Source: Neodothiora populina (Eukaryota). From it: a stretch of DNA of 64,000 bases. Below the pieces are notes generated by a model that did no database searches, was not told where the DNA came from, and saw only the letters and a program-made list of their open reading frames with translations. Shown here one piece after another: positions 1-12,880 of this stretch (its first letter is position 1; each line of letters begins with the position of its first letter). The DNA lies in assembly GCF_041146345.1 (NCBI RefSeq), contig NW_027191409.1, positions 992,001-1,056,000 on the forward strand, given 5' to 3'. Both the position numbers and the translations under genes were made by a program.

Positions 1-826
1 CTTCTCTCGCTCGGCGAACGAGCCATCGGGGGCTCTCGTCCATTGCCAGCAATAATCCTGCCTGCATGGTAGCAGGCAAGGCACCCAGACCAACAGCCCA
101 CCGCCAATGACCCTGGGCTGCCCAGCCGACCACATACGCAACCACCTGGCCACCGGTGATGAACAGGCTCTGAACCGTGACGAGTCTCCCTCTGGCGTCC
201 GCAGGCGCGCATTCAGCGATATACAACGGAGCGACCGAGCTAGCCAGACCGACCGCGGCTCCGACTATCGAACGACCTGTGATCATCATCCACACATGTC
301 CACTCGCGGCTTGTAATAAGGCACCGGCCACGAAGAACAGACTCGCGACGCCGAGCACTACTTTACGACCCAGCAGATCTGCAAAGACACCTGCCAAGGG
401 CGAGAAGATGAGTGCGAGAACCGACGTCGAGGATGTGATTGCTGATTTGTCCCATGTGGTCAAGGGTCGTCCGAGATCGCCATCAAACGATATGAGCATG
501 GACGATATGATACCTGTGTCGTAGCCGAAGAGCAGTCCGGACACGCCCGCCGTTAACGTGAGAAGCCATAGGGAGAGGCTAAGTGAATTGTTCTTCTTGA
601 CATCCGAAGAAGCAGATGACAAAAGACCATCTGCATCATCTCCGATTTCTCCATCTGTGGGACCCTCTGTTGAATATCGAGAGAAGAAATGCTCTTCCCG
701 AGGTGAGGAAGCTATAGTCTGATCATTTAGTGGCGGAGGATATGCATCTCCATCAGCGCCGTCCCCCTGTCCATGAGACCGGCTTATAAGAGGCTGGTGA
801 GCCGCGTCTTCGCTCGCTCCATGCAT
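1..826 (-). CDS. MFS sugar-porter family transporter, myo-inositol transporter-like (5' part; runs off the left edge)
   Basis: Not in the ORF track. Manual translation from ATG at 826 is open to position 1: MHGASED...LLTLTAGVSGLLFGYDTGIIS...ADLLGRK...ITGRSIVGAAVGLASSVAPLYIAECAPADARGRLVTIQSLFITGGQVVAY...WRWAVGLGALPA...ESPRWL. These are classic sugar-porter motifs. Confidence 0.9.
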   Translation of the reverse strand, partial: MHGASEDAAHQPLISRSHGQGDGADGDAYPPPLNDQTIASSPREEHFFSRYSTEGPTDGEIGDDADGLLSSASSDVKKNNSLSLSLWLLTLTAGVSGLLFGYDTGIISSMLISFDGDLGRPLTTWDKSAITSSTSVLALIFSPLAGVFADLLGRKVVLGVASLFFVAGALLQAASGHVWMMITGRSIVGAAVGLASSVAPLYIAECAPADARGRLVTVQSLFITGGQVVAYVVGWAAQGHWRWAVGLGALPATMQAGLLLAMDESPRWLVRRARE

Positions 827-1840
827 CGAGCTCAACTCTATCTCCGATATACTCTGACTTGAAGGTGCCACAATGGCGATGTTTCCTGCTCTACTGGAAA
901 GACAGGGGCACAGAAGTGGTTCATGATCCGACTGCTCCCCCGTTCACATGAGTTGTTCAGGTGCACACACCTGCTGGCATAAAGTTGCCGCTACATGCCC
1001 GCCCTGAGGATCCGCCCCATGGGGTTGATGCTTGGCGACCCTCGATTCATGGCATGCAAAGGCTCGATGGTGAAATAAATACCTTCGAGCGCCAACTGTG
1101 CATTTTGACTTGCAGAGTAGTGTATCTTGTTACTCAATGTGCTTACAGCTCATCTCACACATATGGTAGGACACTGCCATTCTGCTGTGCAATATGCGTT
1201 GCTGCTCCATGTCAGCGCAGCCCGCATCATCCACATGGCAAGACATTGTGATTCTGTTATACGCGTTACGTTGCTGCGCTATGGTTGGGGCCAGTGACAC
1301 TACGGAGAGAAAGTGATATGATGCTCCTGCATGATGGACTCAAAGATCCACCGAGAGCATTCACGGAATGACCGATCAGAGTAATATACTGCCTTTGATT
1401 TTGTATGCACTATAGTAGTCCCCGTTGCTAAGTACAGTCTGCCATACTATCTCCTCCCCAATCCTCGTGGCATATCGCTCACGAGTGTTATAATCGTCTT
1501 CTCGGACCGTCATCTTTGTTAATATAACCCCACCGCACCGGATGCTACAGCTTGCTAGCTGACCTCAACGGGGCCTCGAAGACGTCTAATCTTCCACCTA
1601 TACTGGTTCGCTCGTCTACCCATCAGCGCGAGCATGTGAACCACAAATCTCAAAGCTGTACAGTGAGCTATGCATCAAAGCAACACCGTCGATAAAGCCA
1701 TCCTTTTTGACGAGTTGGTCGTTCTCTCTGGTACGCCCGGCATACAGAGATGACTGGCTCCCATTTGCGGGCCTGTCTCTAGTGCACTGTTCGGAATTCG
1801 CTGCCGACCGAATTCATCATTGGGCCGGCCGGCTAACGAT

Positions 1841-4800
1841 TCATTTGCCCTCATCTCCACCTCCATTGCCAGGCATTGGAGGTGCGTTACCGGGACTTGG
1901 GCCTTGCTGAGGGGCTGCGTGGTGCTGACGAGGCGTCATGTGGTTACCATAACCCCCACCAGACATGGCACGATGCTGCATCGGGTACGGCCCTCCTTGG
2001 AACTGCTGCTGAGGATAACCACCACGCATTTGCGGCACTGTGTGGTTGTGAGCTTGTTGATATCTTCGATATGGCGAATTCTTGGACTTACTTTGTCCTG
2101 CATGTTGCGGCATCATGACCGGTCCACCTTGGGGCATCATGTACATGGCGCCCGGTCCGTGGCCCTGCTGGGATCCTTGATGTCTCATCGCGTGGGTGTG
2201 GGGCCCGCCGGCATATGGTCCCATCGCCGCTGGCTGAGCATGACCAGGGAAGTGTGGTTGCACATGAGCAGGGCCGGGTGAGCCGTACATGGGCATTTGT
2301 TGTCCCATCGGTCCGTTCATATATGGCCCGCTCGACGGCTGTTGCACCATCATTTGTCCACCCATTGGGCCGGGAGGGGTGAAGTGCGGACCGACGCCGG
2401 GCACTGGACGCATTTGCATTGCTGGACTCATCGCATACCCTGGCATGGCACCGGGGTAGTTCTGCATCTGGGGGTGCATCTGTCCTGGATATGCCATGGC
2501 TGGATGGCCCATGCGCGGGGAAGGCTGCACCGACGAGTTGCCCGATGCGTACTGCATGCGGTCTCCGTCCATGTGCTGATTGGGCATGCCGTGTGGCTGA
2601 GCAGCGTAGAACCGCGGTGTATGTTGGGCGGGCACCATCTGTGGCGTAGCGTTCTGCAATGGCAGAGGCAGCTGGTTCTGGTAGGGCATTCCGCCGTTGC
2701 GCGGGGTTTGCATAGGCGAAATGGCAGGCATCAACGACTTCTGGAATGCGTCCGCGTATGACTTCTCGGCATTCGCTTCGGGATGCTCCCAGACCGGCGG
2801 CGTTCTATAAGCTTGGGGAATGCCGCCGTTGTTGGAGTAATCTTTCTTGTCCGCAACAGCCTTCTCTGCCATGCGCTTGATCGGGTTGAAAGCATCGTCC
2901 CATGAGGTCCTCTCAGACGGGGGCTTCACCTCTTTGCTGACAAAGTGAGTAGATGATGAGGCTGCTGCTGAGACACTGCCGCGCTTTGATTGCTCGGGGC
3001 TGGTCTTGGCCTGTCCTGGATTGAAGTTGGATGCAGCTGGGTTTGGTCTGAACTCCATTGCTTTCACGTTGAATCTGCTCGATGCCGCCGATGAGGGGCT
3101 AGTGACACCAGAATCACGCAGTTCCTTTCCGACATTTGCAGCAGTGTGCAAGTTAGGTGGCATCTGCATGGGTCCGGGGCCGCCAGGGTTCACCGCACCC
3201 GACCTGTGCTGTGGATGACTGGGAGGGATTCTATGGCTCGTCATTGCAGGTCCTCGAGGGGAAGTGATTCCTTGAGTGGATGCTCTGAAGTTCTGAGGCG
3301 CACGCTGTTGTCTATGAGCCAGGTCGTTACCGGTATCAGGTCTACCAGTCGTTGGAATTGTGCGTGGTGTCTTATCGGCTGCTTCCGACTCAGGCTTCGA
3401 CGGTGTCGGAGTAGCCACTGGGGAAGGTGCCTTGGTCTTCTTGACCTCCTTGTCACGGGCCTGCTGTTCAGCCTTGGACACGATCTCCTCCTGCTTCTCC
3501 TTGGTCTTGGCAAGAATAGGCACTAGGTCGTCTGGTACTCGTGAGTACAGCTTGAAGTTGGCCGCAAACTTCTTCAGGTCGTTCAGCTTGACAGACTTCT
3601 CCTGGCGCACACTTGTGCGAGTACGCTCTTGCATGGCCCGCTGGTGCTGCTGATACTTGAGTTTCTCCGTGTTGGAAAACTGCTTGAAAGAGTCGAGCAC
3701 TCTACGTTCTACGCCTTCAGTGCCTCCCTCGCCAGCTCTTCGGGGTTTGGCAGACTGGCTGTCCCCAGCGACGGTGATGCTGGGAGCTGCAAGAGTGGCC
3801 GTGGGTGGTTTTGCGTTGGCAGAGTCCGTGGTGAGCTGGGCAAGGGTCACTGGCTTGGACGCCTCGTCCGTCTGTGCAGGCATCTGTGCAGGCGTCTGAG
3901 GCTTTGGTGTCTGACCGTCCGAAGAGAGACTGGTGGTGACAGTGGGTCGTGCAATTTGCGATGAAATGATGGCTGGATCGAAGGGTGCACCGGGTACTGT
4001 GGGTTGACTGGTGATGGGACGCATGGAAGGGGGAACATAGGCATTGTCACGACTCTTGGTCAGCGGAGTAAAGTCTCGCCTAACACCGCTGTACCTGTTG
4101 TCTTATCAATTGATTGTTGCAGGAGCTGCGTCTGCAATAAACTTACTTGTCTTCCTCGTCACCACCAGCGTCTGCCTTGGCATTCATGCGCCGTTCTTCG
4201 GCAACATGGGCGTTGACTGGTTCACTGCGCTCAATCTCATTGGCGATACGCTTGGCTTCAGCCTCCAACTGCTTATAGCGGGGATTAGACCTGTCAATGG
4301 TCGTGGTGTACAGGTTCTCATCGTAGTCACTGCGGACGTTGTAGAGCTTCTCATTGGCGGCGAACTGATCCCAGGTGCCCATGCCCGAAGCATCCAGGGA
4401 CAAATCGACGTCGGTATCGGGACCCGGTTGCCAGGGCTGTAGCTCCTTCTCCCGGATGTTCTTGATGCCAGAGATCTCGGCATCTGTACGGAAGGACGGC
4501 CCGCCGTTCTGGGCCTTGCTTTCGGTGGCTGACAACTGCACATCCCAGACGTTGAGATCGATGGTGTCTTGCAAATTGAACATCATCATGTGGTCATCTC
4601 CTGTGCCAATGTACTCGTTGGTCTTCTCTGCGTTGCCATTGCTCTGCGAGTGCGAGGGGGCGGAGATGCGCTTGACCATCTTCATGCTGAAACGAGAATC
4701 CGAGGACTCGAGTGTAGCGCCAGAAAAGATGCCTTCGAATATCTCCCCGTTCTTGAATGTGACTCGACCGTGTAGTCCCTAAGGCGAGGAAAGGAGTCAG

Positions 4801-5355
4801 CGGAAAGATTTCAGATCGACATGATGCCAATGCAAAAGCACATGTGCTTACAGTAAAGTTGGCCACCAGGAACAAAGTACGATCGTGAGCGTGCCTGTCA
4901 ACATTGTTGCGTGCCACCGATGGCTGTTGCTGTGTTGGCGCCCTCGAAGCATTCGGCGAGTTTCTGGCGGGATGGGAGGGTGCGCCATTAGGTGCGCTTG
5001 CTCCTGCAGCCCGTTGTGTAATTGGATTTGGGCCTTGCCAAGCTTTAGGTGGTGCCTTCTTGCTGTGTTTCGCAGGGTTGTCAGTCAGTGTTGGATCAAA
5101 GGGGGAGACGAGCTGTGCATGTGCGAGACAATGGAATGACGAGACAAGTCCTGTTTTCAAAGAATCGAAGAGAACTCACGTCGAGCTCGAGTCAACAGGG
5201 CTAGATGCCTGCATACGTGGACCGTCCAGCGCTTTTCCACCAGCAGATGTCTTGAGTTGTTGCTTTGCATTCGACGCTGTCGATGAGGCGGCTGCAGAAG
5301 CCTGCCTGGCCGGAGCAGAAGTGGCGCCGTTCATGGGGGAAGCGGTTGCGGACAT
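1841..5355 (-). CDS. PBP1: Ataxin-2/Pbp1 poly(A)-binding-protein-binding protein
   Basis: ATG 5355. Exons approx. 5355-5180, 5062-4852, 4778-~4147, ~4093-2092, 2037-1841. Lsm domain (GRVTFKNGEIFEGIFSG), LsmAD domain (WDQFAANEKLYNVRSDYDENLYTTTIDRS...HVAEER), PAM2-like motif (FNVKAMEFRP), and an M/Q/P/G-rich C-terminal low-complexity region. Confidence 0.92.
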
Positions 5356-7238
5356 TATGCAACCTGACAGAGTGGCCTGGGCGGCTGTACACCGGGATGG
5401 TGGACCAAGGAGAGAGTAGCAGCAGCTAATAAAGGATGGAAGCTCCGGGGCTCATTCAGCACGCGAGACGGGGGGGGGACTCTGCAACCAGGACAAGCGA
5501 ATGCCTGACAGCGGAGAAACAGCACTTGAAGCGCAGCGTGACGATAGAGAAGGAGGTGGGGGAGAAAGAGAGAGAGAGGGAGAGAAAATATCACGGACAG
5601 CGACAGCGGGGGATTTGGTTGCTGCTGTTCTGAACGACTGAGCGACGAGAAGGAGATGCAGTCGACGCAAGTCAGGGTCCCTTCCTTCTGACGCTCACGC
5701 TTGCCTGCTCTGGCTTGCTCTGGCTTTGGCTGGGGGCTGTCTGGAAATGGAAGCTACCAGGTACCGCTACTGTCGGTTTGGCCCAAGTGCTGCCAAGTAA
5801 CTGTACTTGTACCTCCAATCTGAGATTAGATCAGGTTGCCTATGTTGGGTTAGCAAGAGGCTCAGGACCAGGCAATCCAAAATAAAGAGGCCAGTCAGGG
5901 AATGGTGTAATCATGCTGCTGTACTCGTACAGTACAGTAATTACGGAGGTACAGTACAAGTACAACAGAACTTACGGGGACGGTGCACGTTGTCGGGTAG
6001 AAGCTCGGACGGTGCCGCCGTCTCAGATCCAGAGCAAAGACGTCAAGCAAAGAGAGAAACCCGGATCCTTTGTTTTGTTGTCGCCTCGGTCGACAATGTG
6101 TGCATGTGAGATGATATGTGGACGGCCAGTTATGATGCATGCATTTCAGATGGACAAGTAGATACGCTTCATGAGGAGTGCCTGATCAGTCAATGTCGCG
6201 CAGCATCGCAGGACAAATCACAGACGCAAGCTGGAGGTGATGCTATTACTGTACCTTATGTTGGAGTCGCGTGAGGCTAATAACCTAGCATGTGATAGTT
6301 ACGGAAACAAGCATCGGGACTAAGACAATCACAACGGCACTTGTACTTGTACATGGTCTCGTGTACTGCGCCTACCGTATGTGCATGGCATTCTTGAGGT
6401 TTAAGAACAATCGCTCAATGCTACTGTATACTGCGTTGCGAATCGTGATTATTTGCATGGCAGGGCAGGTCATTGCAAATCAATGATTAGCTCGGATACA
6501 ACAAGAAAATCACACCGTCATTTGTACATTATGTGGACGTCCAGTATATACCTTACCTTACCTTACGTATGTGGTGGCTAGTAAGTGTGCATGTGCAGGC
6601 GGTTAACGCATCGTGAGAACTCCTGGCGACGCCACGCCTTTGGCAGGCATATATTAAACACAACCCTCTCGAGTACGAAAGCAGCCAAACAAGTGACCCA
6701 ATACTGTGATAGCTCGGTGTGATCTACAAGAGGGCAGGGGCGCATCTGACGCCGGACCGGCATGTGCTTCTCTCAGGTGCTTCTTAAGTGCTGAGGCAAG
6801 GAGGATGGTGTACTTTACAGTCCAGCCAGCCAATGTACAGTACTGTACCTGTAACACAAGTTACTGTATCTCTTTCTTTACCGTATCTTGACATATCGCG
6901 GAGACAATATTTACCAGTATAACGAGATACCGTTTTTTTCTTCCCTAAATCCGTTCGATTCTCGGGGTTTGTAACTGTTCCCAGCCTTAGCCAGCTTCTC
7001 CCACAGTACTTTGCAAATAGCTGTGGTTATACAGTGTCTTGTCCACACCTCGACTAAGGTCCGGAGTATTCAAGGGATCCTCGCTTCCCCATACAGTTGA
7101 TCCAGATTATCCACCCTACCGTAGTGTACCTTAGGTTACTTTGGTAGTGTCTCGGTCAGGGGTCGGCGACCAACACATACTCTACAATCACAACAACACC
7201 AACGCCCTGCATTCTTTTGACCTGAAGCTGCCCGAAAC

Positions 7239-10200
7239 ATGTCATCCGAGGATGCGACCTTGAAGAGCTCGACGGGCTCGGGATCAGGGTCCGCGTCCGC
7301 ATCTGCCTCAGTCCGCTCCTCAGGCAGACAATCGAGACAGCAGCAGTCCGCTCCCCAGCAGCTGTCGACAATCGAGAAGAGCGTGACACATCTGCTTGTG
7401 GCCACGAAGCAACTCCTGGAAACCCTGACTCACTGGTCCAGAGGTACTGCGAGCGAGGCTGAGGTGTCCGACGTCTATGTGCGCCTGGGCTATGAGTTCA
7501 ACATCGCATGTCGCGCCTTCAACAGCATCGGCGTCGACACCAATGACCTCGGCCCTGTGCCCGATCTGCTGAGGTCGATACTCGAGGAGACTCTGAGCCA
7601 GGAAGCCTCGCAGCCCAGTCTCGACCGCTTCCTTCCACGCATCCGCGACATCATCATCAACCTGCTACATGGGCTGAAGAAAAAGCAACAGCGTCTTCGT
7701 CAACGCGCAAACAGCGGCACCGCCCAGACGTCGAGACAAGCAAGCACGGCGAGCAATGTCAGCCTCGACAGCGCAATACTCGGCAATGACGACAGCAACA
7801 GCAGTGCGCGACCGTCGAGTGGCCGCTCCTACGCCGCAAGAGGCGGAAGCGGCGACCTCAATGGTCCAGATCTGCCGCCGAGGTCTACCTCTGTGCAAGG
7901 AAACAGGTCTTCTCCCAGACGAGAGGGCTTCAGTCCGAGCAACAGCATGCACCGCACGCGAGACTCCCATCGCGACACGTACGCCTCGGATACATCCTCC
8001 ATGTCCAGTAATGCTATGCAGTCTATCCCTGTCATAGCTCCATACCCGCAAGAAGACACCATGCCCGGCCAGCCGCTGTCCTCGTCTCCTCCGTCTTCAT
8101 CTCATGATTCGGTCCAAGCACCTACGAACTCGACAACAGCGGCCCCTCTGCCCATGCCATCCGAACCGCCGCACAAGTACTACTCCGAAGAGTCGCTGCC
8201 TCCTCCACCTCCACCGCCGAAACAACAGGATGCTCTGGCCGCACTTCAAAGAGGCGGGGAACTGGAACGCCGCGCATCGCGAAGGTTTTCCGCCTATCAA
8301 ATATCCAAGCATCTCGGGTCTAGCAATGGCGTGCCCGTGATCCCGCCTGCTCAGAATTCGCCCGTCCCCAATAGAGGTAGGGACACGCGCGAGTCCATGA
8401 ATGCCGTGCGCACAAGGAGCATATACCAGCATGGAAGACAAAAGTCAAATCGCATCAACACCACCGACTCTCCTCGGAGAGAAGGAGGACCCGCAGACAG
8501 GAGGATCTCTGAAGAGCCCGGCGATGGCAGGATGGCTCCGCCCCCAGCTGAGTTGGGCAGTCCGATGGCGAAGACGCCTGATGACAAACTCGGAGCCTAT
8601 CCATTCCCCACTACGGAGGCCAAGTCGCAAGATGACATGGGCGCTACCGTCAATGGTCCAATTGATATACCGACCATTGAAGAGAGCCCCGAGCCACGTC
8701 AAACAAACGGCATACAGCGCCACAAGTCGACCTCGTCGCGAGACTCCAGCAAACGACAAACGATACAGCAATCCACATCGCAGCCTCAATTCGTCCCTGA
8801 AGGTTCGCCTCAGCCTGGGAAGGAGTTGACGCTCTTCCTGCAGTACAAGAGCAAAATCAAGAAATTCGTTCTGCCAGACGGTGGGGATCTGAGTATCCCG
8901 CGTCTGCAACTGGCTTTTATTGAGAAATTTGCATGGAACACGCACAGCAATGGAAACGATCTGCCTGAAATCTATCTACAAGACCCCGTATCGGGCGTCC
9001 GTCACGAACTGGAAGACCTCAGCGACATCAAGGACCGATCCGTATTGGTGCTCAACATCGAACAGCTCGACGAAGTGAAGCGCCACTTTGATGACGGTCT
9101 TGGTGGCATTCGTCATCTCATAGAGGATTTGCGCACCTCGGTCATCGATCAACAGACTGCCCTGCAGCGAGTTTCCGACAAACAGCAGGAGTCTGCGAAA
9201 GAGATTGCGAGCATCGCAGCTGCTCCGCGTGCTACAGCAGGATCGGGACCACGCACCTCCGGCAGCATCAAGTCTGCCTCGGCTGTAGAGAGTCAATTGA
9301 GCGAAGTTCAGTCATTGCGCCGTGATTTGGCCGTGGTCAAGCAGACTTACAAGTCCTTTGTGGATGACATCAACACATCAATGTCCCACATACGGACAAA
9401 GGCGGCGTCTGTCAAGAGCGTGGCTGAACAGGCAAGTCTGCCTTCGATGAGTGTCGACGCTGGTCGCGCCTATGTCAACTCAGGCAAGGAAGGTCTCGAA
9501 AACGAGAGTCAGAAGCTCGTTGATCGAGTAGACGACCTGCAGGACATCGTCGAGGATCTCCGGAAGGATGTTGTGACCCGCGGTGTGCGACCCGTGCCCC
9601 ACCAACTCGATGCCGTGTCTAGCGACATCGCAAGTGCCAACAAGGCTCTTCGTAAGATGCAAGAATACCTCAAGCGCGAAAAGCCGGTGTGGTCCAAGAT
9701 TTGGGAGAAGGAGCTACAAGTGGTATGCGACGACAGGGAACTCCTCACCATGCAAGAGGAACTGTGCATGGATCTCGAGGACGATCTGGCCAAAGCGGCC
9801 GCCACGTACGCGCTGGTCGAAGAAGCGACAAGACAGCAAAACGCACAGAACCCGTCCAACAACAAGGGCGGTGTCGCAGGCACGCGTGTGCTTTCGCGCA
9901 CGCTGATGCCCATCGCACTCGATCAAGGCGCCGACCCTCACAAAGCCAAAGACGGCGTCCTGGGCGAGGTGCGCGCCTTGCAGCCGAACCACGAATCCAG
10001 ACTCGAAGCCATCGAGCGAGCGGAGAGAGCACGCAAGAGAGAGCTAGAGAGCAGACAAGGCGGCGAATTCCAGAAGGAGCTTGGTAGTTTTGTCGAAGAA
10101 GGCAGACTCAAGAAAACCGGTGGTGTGGACGAGATCGAAAGACAAAGGAAACTCAAAGATGAGAGGATCCAGAAGGAAGTGTGGGAGAGACAACAAGCGC

Positions 10201-10262
10201 GAGAGCGGGAACGAGCAGCTAAAGCTGCGGCTAAGGCACAAGAGGAGGCAGCAGCCAAGACA

Positions 10263-10295
<33 letters not shown>

Positions 10296-10745
10296 GAACA
10301 AAACGGCGTCGAGGGGGCTGCAGAAGAGTCGTCCGCGCCAGCAGAAGCTGTGGCTGAAGACAGCGCTGAGCCAGCATCGACTGTCGAACCGACGCAAGAA
10401 GCAGAAGCCACGACAGCTGCCATTCCCACAATCGAAGAGCCTACACCAGAGACCGACGTCTCCGTTTCTGACGGCAACGAAGCACAACCCGCCACAGAAG
10501 AAGCAGCAACAACAGCTCCAGAACCATCAGAACCATCCGACGAAGCAAAAACAGAATCAACCGCAGTAACATCACACGAAAAAGCAGAAGCACAAGCAGC
10601 AAACCACCACGACAGCAAACTCGACGTTCTCGTCCCGACAGGAACCTTGAGCGTCGAGGATATTGTCGGGAGCGGTGGGGTGCCTAGTCCCGAGATGGAG
10701 TTCAGCGATGCCAAGGAGATGCCGCCTACACCTTCCGCTGAGTGA
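7239..10745 (+). CDS. BUD6: Actin-interacting protein Aip3/Bud6 (polarisome component)
   Basis: 1168-aa uninterrupted ORF. Conserved N-terminus (IEKSVTHLLVATKQLLETLT...VSDVYVRLG) and AIP3 domain (LFLQYKSKIKK...VDDLQDIVEDLRKDVVTRGVRP...EKPVWSKIWEKELQVVC). Confidence 0.93.
10264..10290 (+). repeat. (CAG)9 trinucleotide repeat encoding poly-Ala in the BUD6 C-terminal tail
   Basis: Read directly from the sequence. Confidence 0.9.
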
Positions 10746-11589
10746 TCGAGCGGTCTTGGGTCGTTGTCGTTGTCGCGAATGAAGAGGGGTGTGTCGTTCG
10801 TATGATGTATGTATATGGGTGTACTGTACTGTATATTGGAGATCCAACGAGGGGACAGAAAAAGAAAAGGAAAAGCGATCACGAGGCCCTGTCGTCGAGT
10901 CTCTTGAGAACCTTCACCTCTTGTCCATGTTGGCTTGTGGCACGGCATGTATGTAATATTCTTGGATTAGAGAATCCATACATTGCGCACATTACAACAG
11001 AACAGGATCTTGACTCTTTTGGTAACCTTGTTGGACAAGGGGATACTCAGGCCCGAGGATGGAATGCTTGCTCGTTTCCTTGCCGGCTAGCTAAAAGAAA
11101 ATGCCCAGAGCCAGGGGGAGTGGTGGGAGAGGAAGGGCAGGGCTCATATCTACTTGTTGAGGGATACAAGAAAACAAGAAGAATAGAAGAAGAGAAGAAT
11201 GACATCAAACAAATACACCAAAGAGAATGTTCTCGATTGTCTTGATCGTCTCGTCATACCCCGTGGCACTCTCCAGGTTTATTTCTCCTTTCGTCACGTT
11301 TTACTCATTGTACTCTGGTCTTTTGTGCTTCCCTTCCAAATCGCTTGGTTCATGATTGGCAAAGAATAATGCACCGAGTGTCATTGCTGCTCTGGAAATG
11401 CGAACGTGAGGGAAGGGAAGAATGAGGATGGAAGGCGAGAATGATAAGCAATAACTTTTCTTCACTGTAAGTAGATGCGAGGGTTTTCCTGTTTTCTCTT
11501 TCCCGTTCTTTTCGTCTATTGCTAAACCCAACCGCGGAGATAATCCTCACATCGACCCCAGCAAAGCAAACAAGACAAGTGAACCAGGT

Positions 11590-12880
11590 CTATTTCTTGG
11601 CCTCCTGTACCGCCTCATCGACACCCTCCTTGAGCGCCTTGATGGCAGTGTCAATGTCGCTTCTGTTCGGGTCCGTCACGCTGACACCCATGTGTCCGAA
11701 TCTGATATACTTGCTCGCAATCTGCTTGTGCAGACCACCAGCGAAGACAACGCCTTTTGCCATGAGCTTGGGCAAGACCTGGGGCGGGGTGATGCCCTCG
11801 GGCAGGTAGATAGCCGTCATGCCGTTTGCTTGGTTCTCGGGCTTGGAGGCGAGTTGTGAGAGACCGAGCGAGGCGACGGCGGATTTGACCTTTTGCGATG
11901 CGGCGCGGTGGGCCTCGAAGCGAGAGGACAGGGGTACCGAGGTGATTTGCGTGAGGGTGGTGTGCAAGGCGTGGATGAGCTGGGGAGAAGGAGTGGCGAA
12001 GTAGGATGGCTTGCCGGCTTCGTAGTTTTGCATGACTGTTTTGGGACGATTAGTCTTTAGACGTGCAAAGGGCAACACAGTGAAGAACACTCACTTGGCA
12101 ACCAGTTCTTCCATGAACCAAAGTATGAAGTAGGAGGAACCTTGCGGCTGTTGAAACGCTCGATGGCGCGGCCAGAGGCCATGACAATGCTCAGACCTGC
12201 TGGGCAGCCAATACCCTTCTGAGAAGCGGTCAAGACGCAGTCGAGTCCCCAGTTGTCGAACTGAATCTCTTCGGAACCGACACTGCACACGCCATCGACC
12301 ACGACAAGAGTCTCCGGGCTGACTCTGTGGACGAGCTTGCTGACGTGCTCAATCTCACTCAAGACACCAGTGGAAGTATCAACGTGTGTGATGGTGATGG
12401 CCTTGTAGTTCTTCTCCTTCAGCGCGGCCTCGACCTCGTCCAATTGCGGACGATCGCCAATGGGGGCCTTGAGCTGAGTGACCTTGATTCCGTAGGTCTC
12501 GAAACAATCGGCGAAGCTGTCGGCAAAGTATCCGGTGTGCAAGACAAGGACATCATCGCCGGGCTCGACAAGGTTGGAAGCGACCTGATCCCAGCCAAGA
12601 GTGCCGGATCCAGAGATGACAAAGGGTTGCGCCTTGGGATCCTCGGTCTGGAAGAGCTTCCTGAGCATCTTGAGAGTCTCGCTGAACGTCTTGACAAAAG
12701 GCATGCCGACGTGAGATTCACTATGGTAATTGCCACATGAGTACAGAGCTCGGGGATCAAAGACAACAAAAGGCAACGCTCGCTCTCTCACCTGTAGTGG
12801 CTCATGGACTGCAAGACCTGGTCATCGAACTCGATGGGTCCGGGAATGAGGAGAGCGGGGTGGGGTGCTTGGTTAGACAT
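11590..12880 (-). CDS. AGX1: Alanine--glyoxylate aminotransferase (class V PLP enzyme); a probable CUG-initiated extension starts at 13060
   Basis: Exons 12880-12792, 12720-12095, 12035-11590. Motifs: LLIPGPIEFDD, GSGTLGWD, THVDTSTGVL, VVDGVCS, the PLP-lysine motif TASQKGIGCPAG, and YIRFGHMG. Confidence 0.93.

Noticed and set aside
5355..5594. Minus-strand 79-aa ORF whose stop overlaps the PBP1 ATG (TAATG)
   Set aside because: It starts at GTG within CT-rich leader sequence and has no coding features, so there is no support for stop-restart coupling.
6551..6566. (CCTTA)3, and a similar TAAGG run at about 55975-55997, resembling telomeric repeats
   Set aside because: These are short pentamer microsatellites, not TTAGGG arrays.
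6950..6975. GTTCGATTC resembling a tRNA T-loop/B-box
   Set aside because: There is no cloverleaf, acceptor stem or A-box nearby.
9938..10948. 336-aa antisense ORF over BUD6 (similar shadow ORFs lie over GLK1, NDUFS7, the cutinase and CHS5)
   Set aside because: It is explained by codon bias and low-complexity sequence on the real coding strand.
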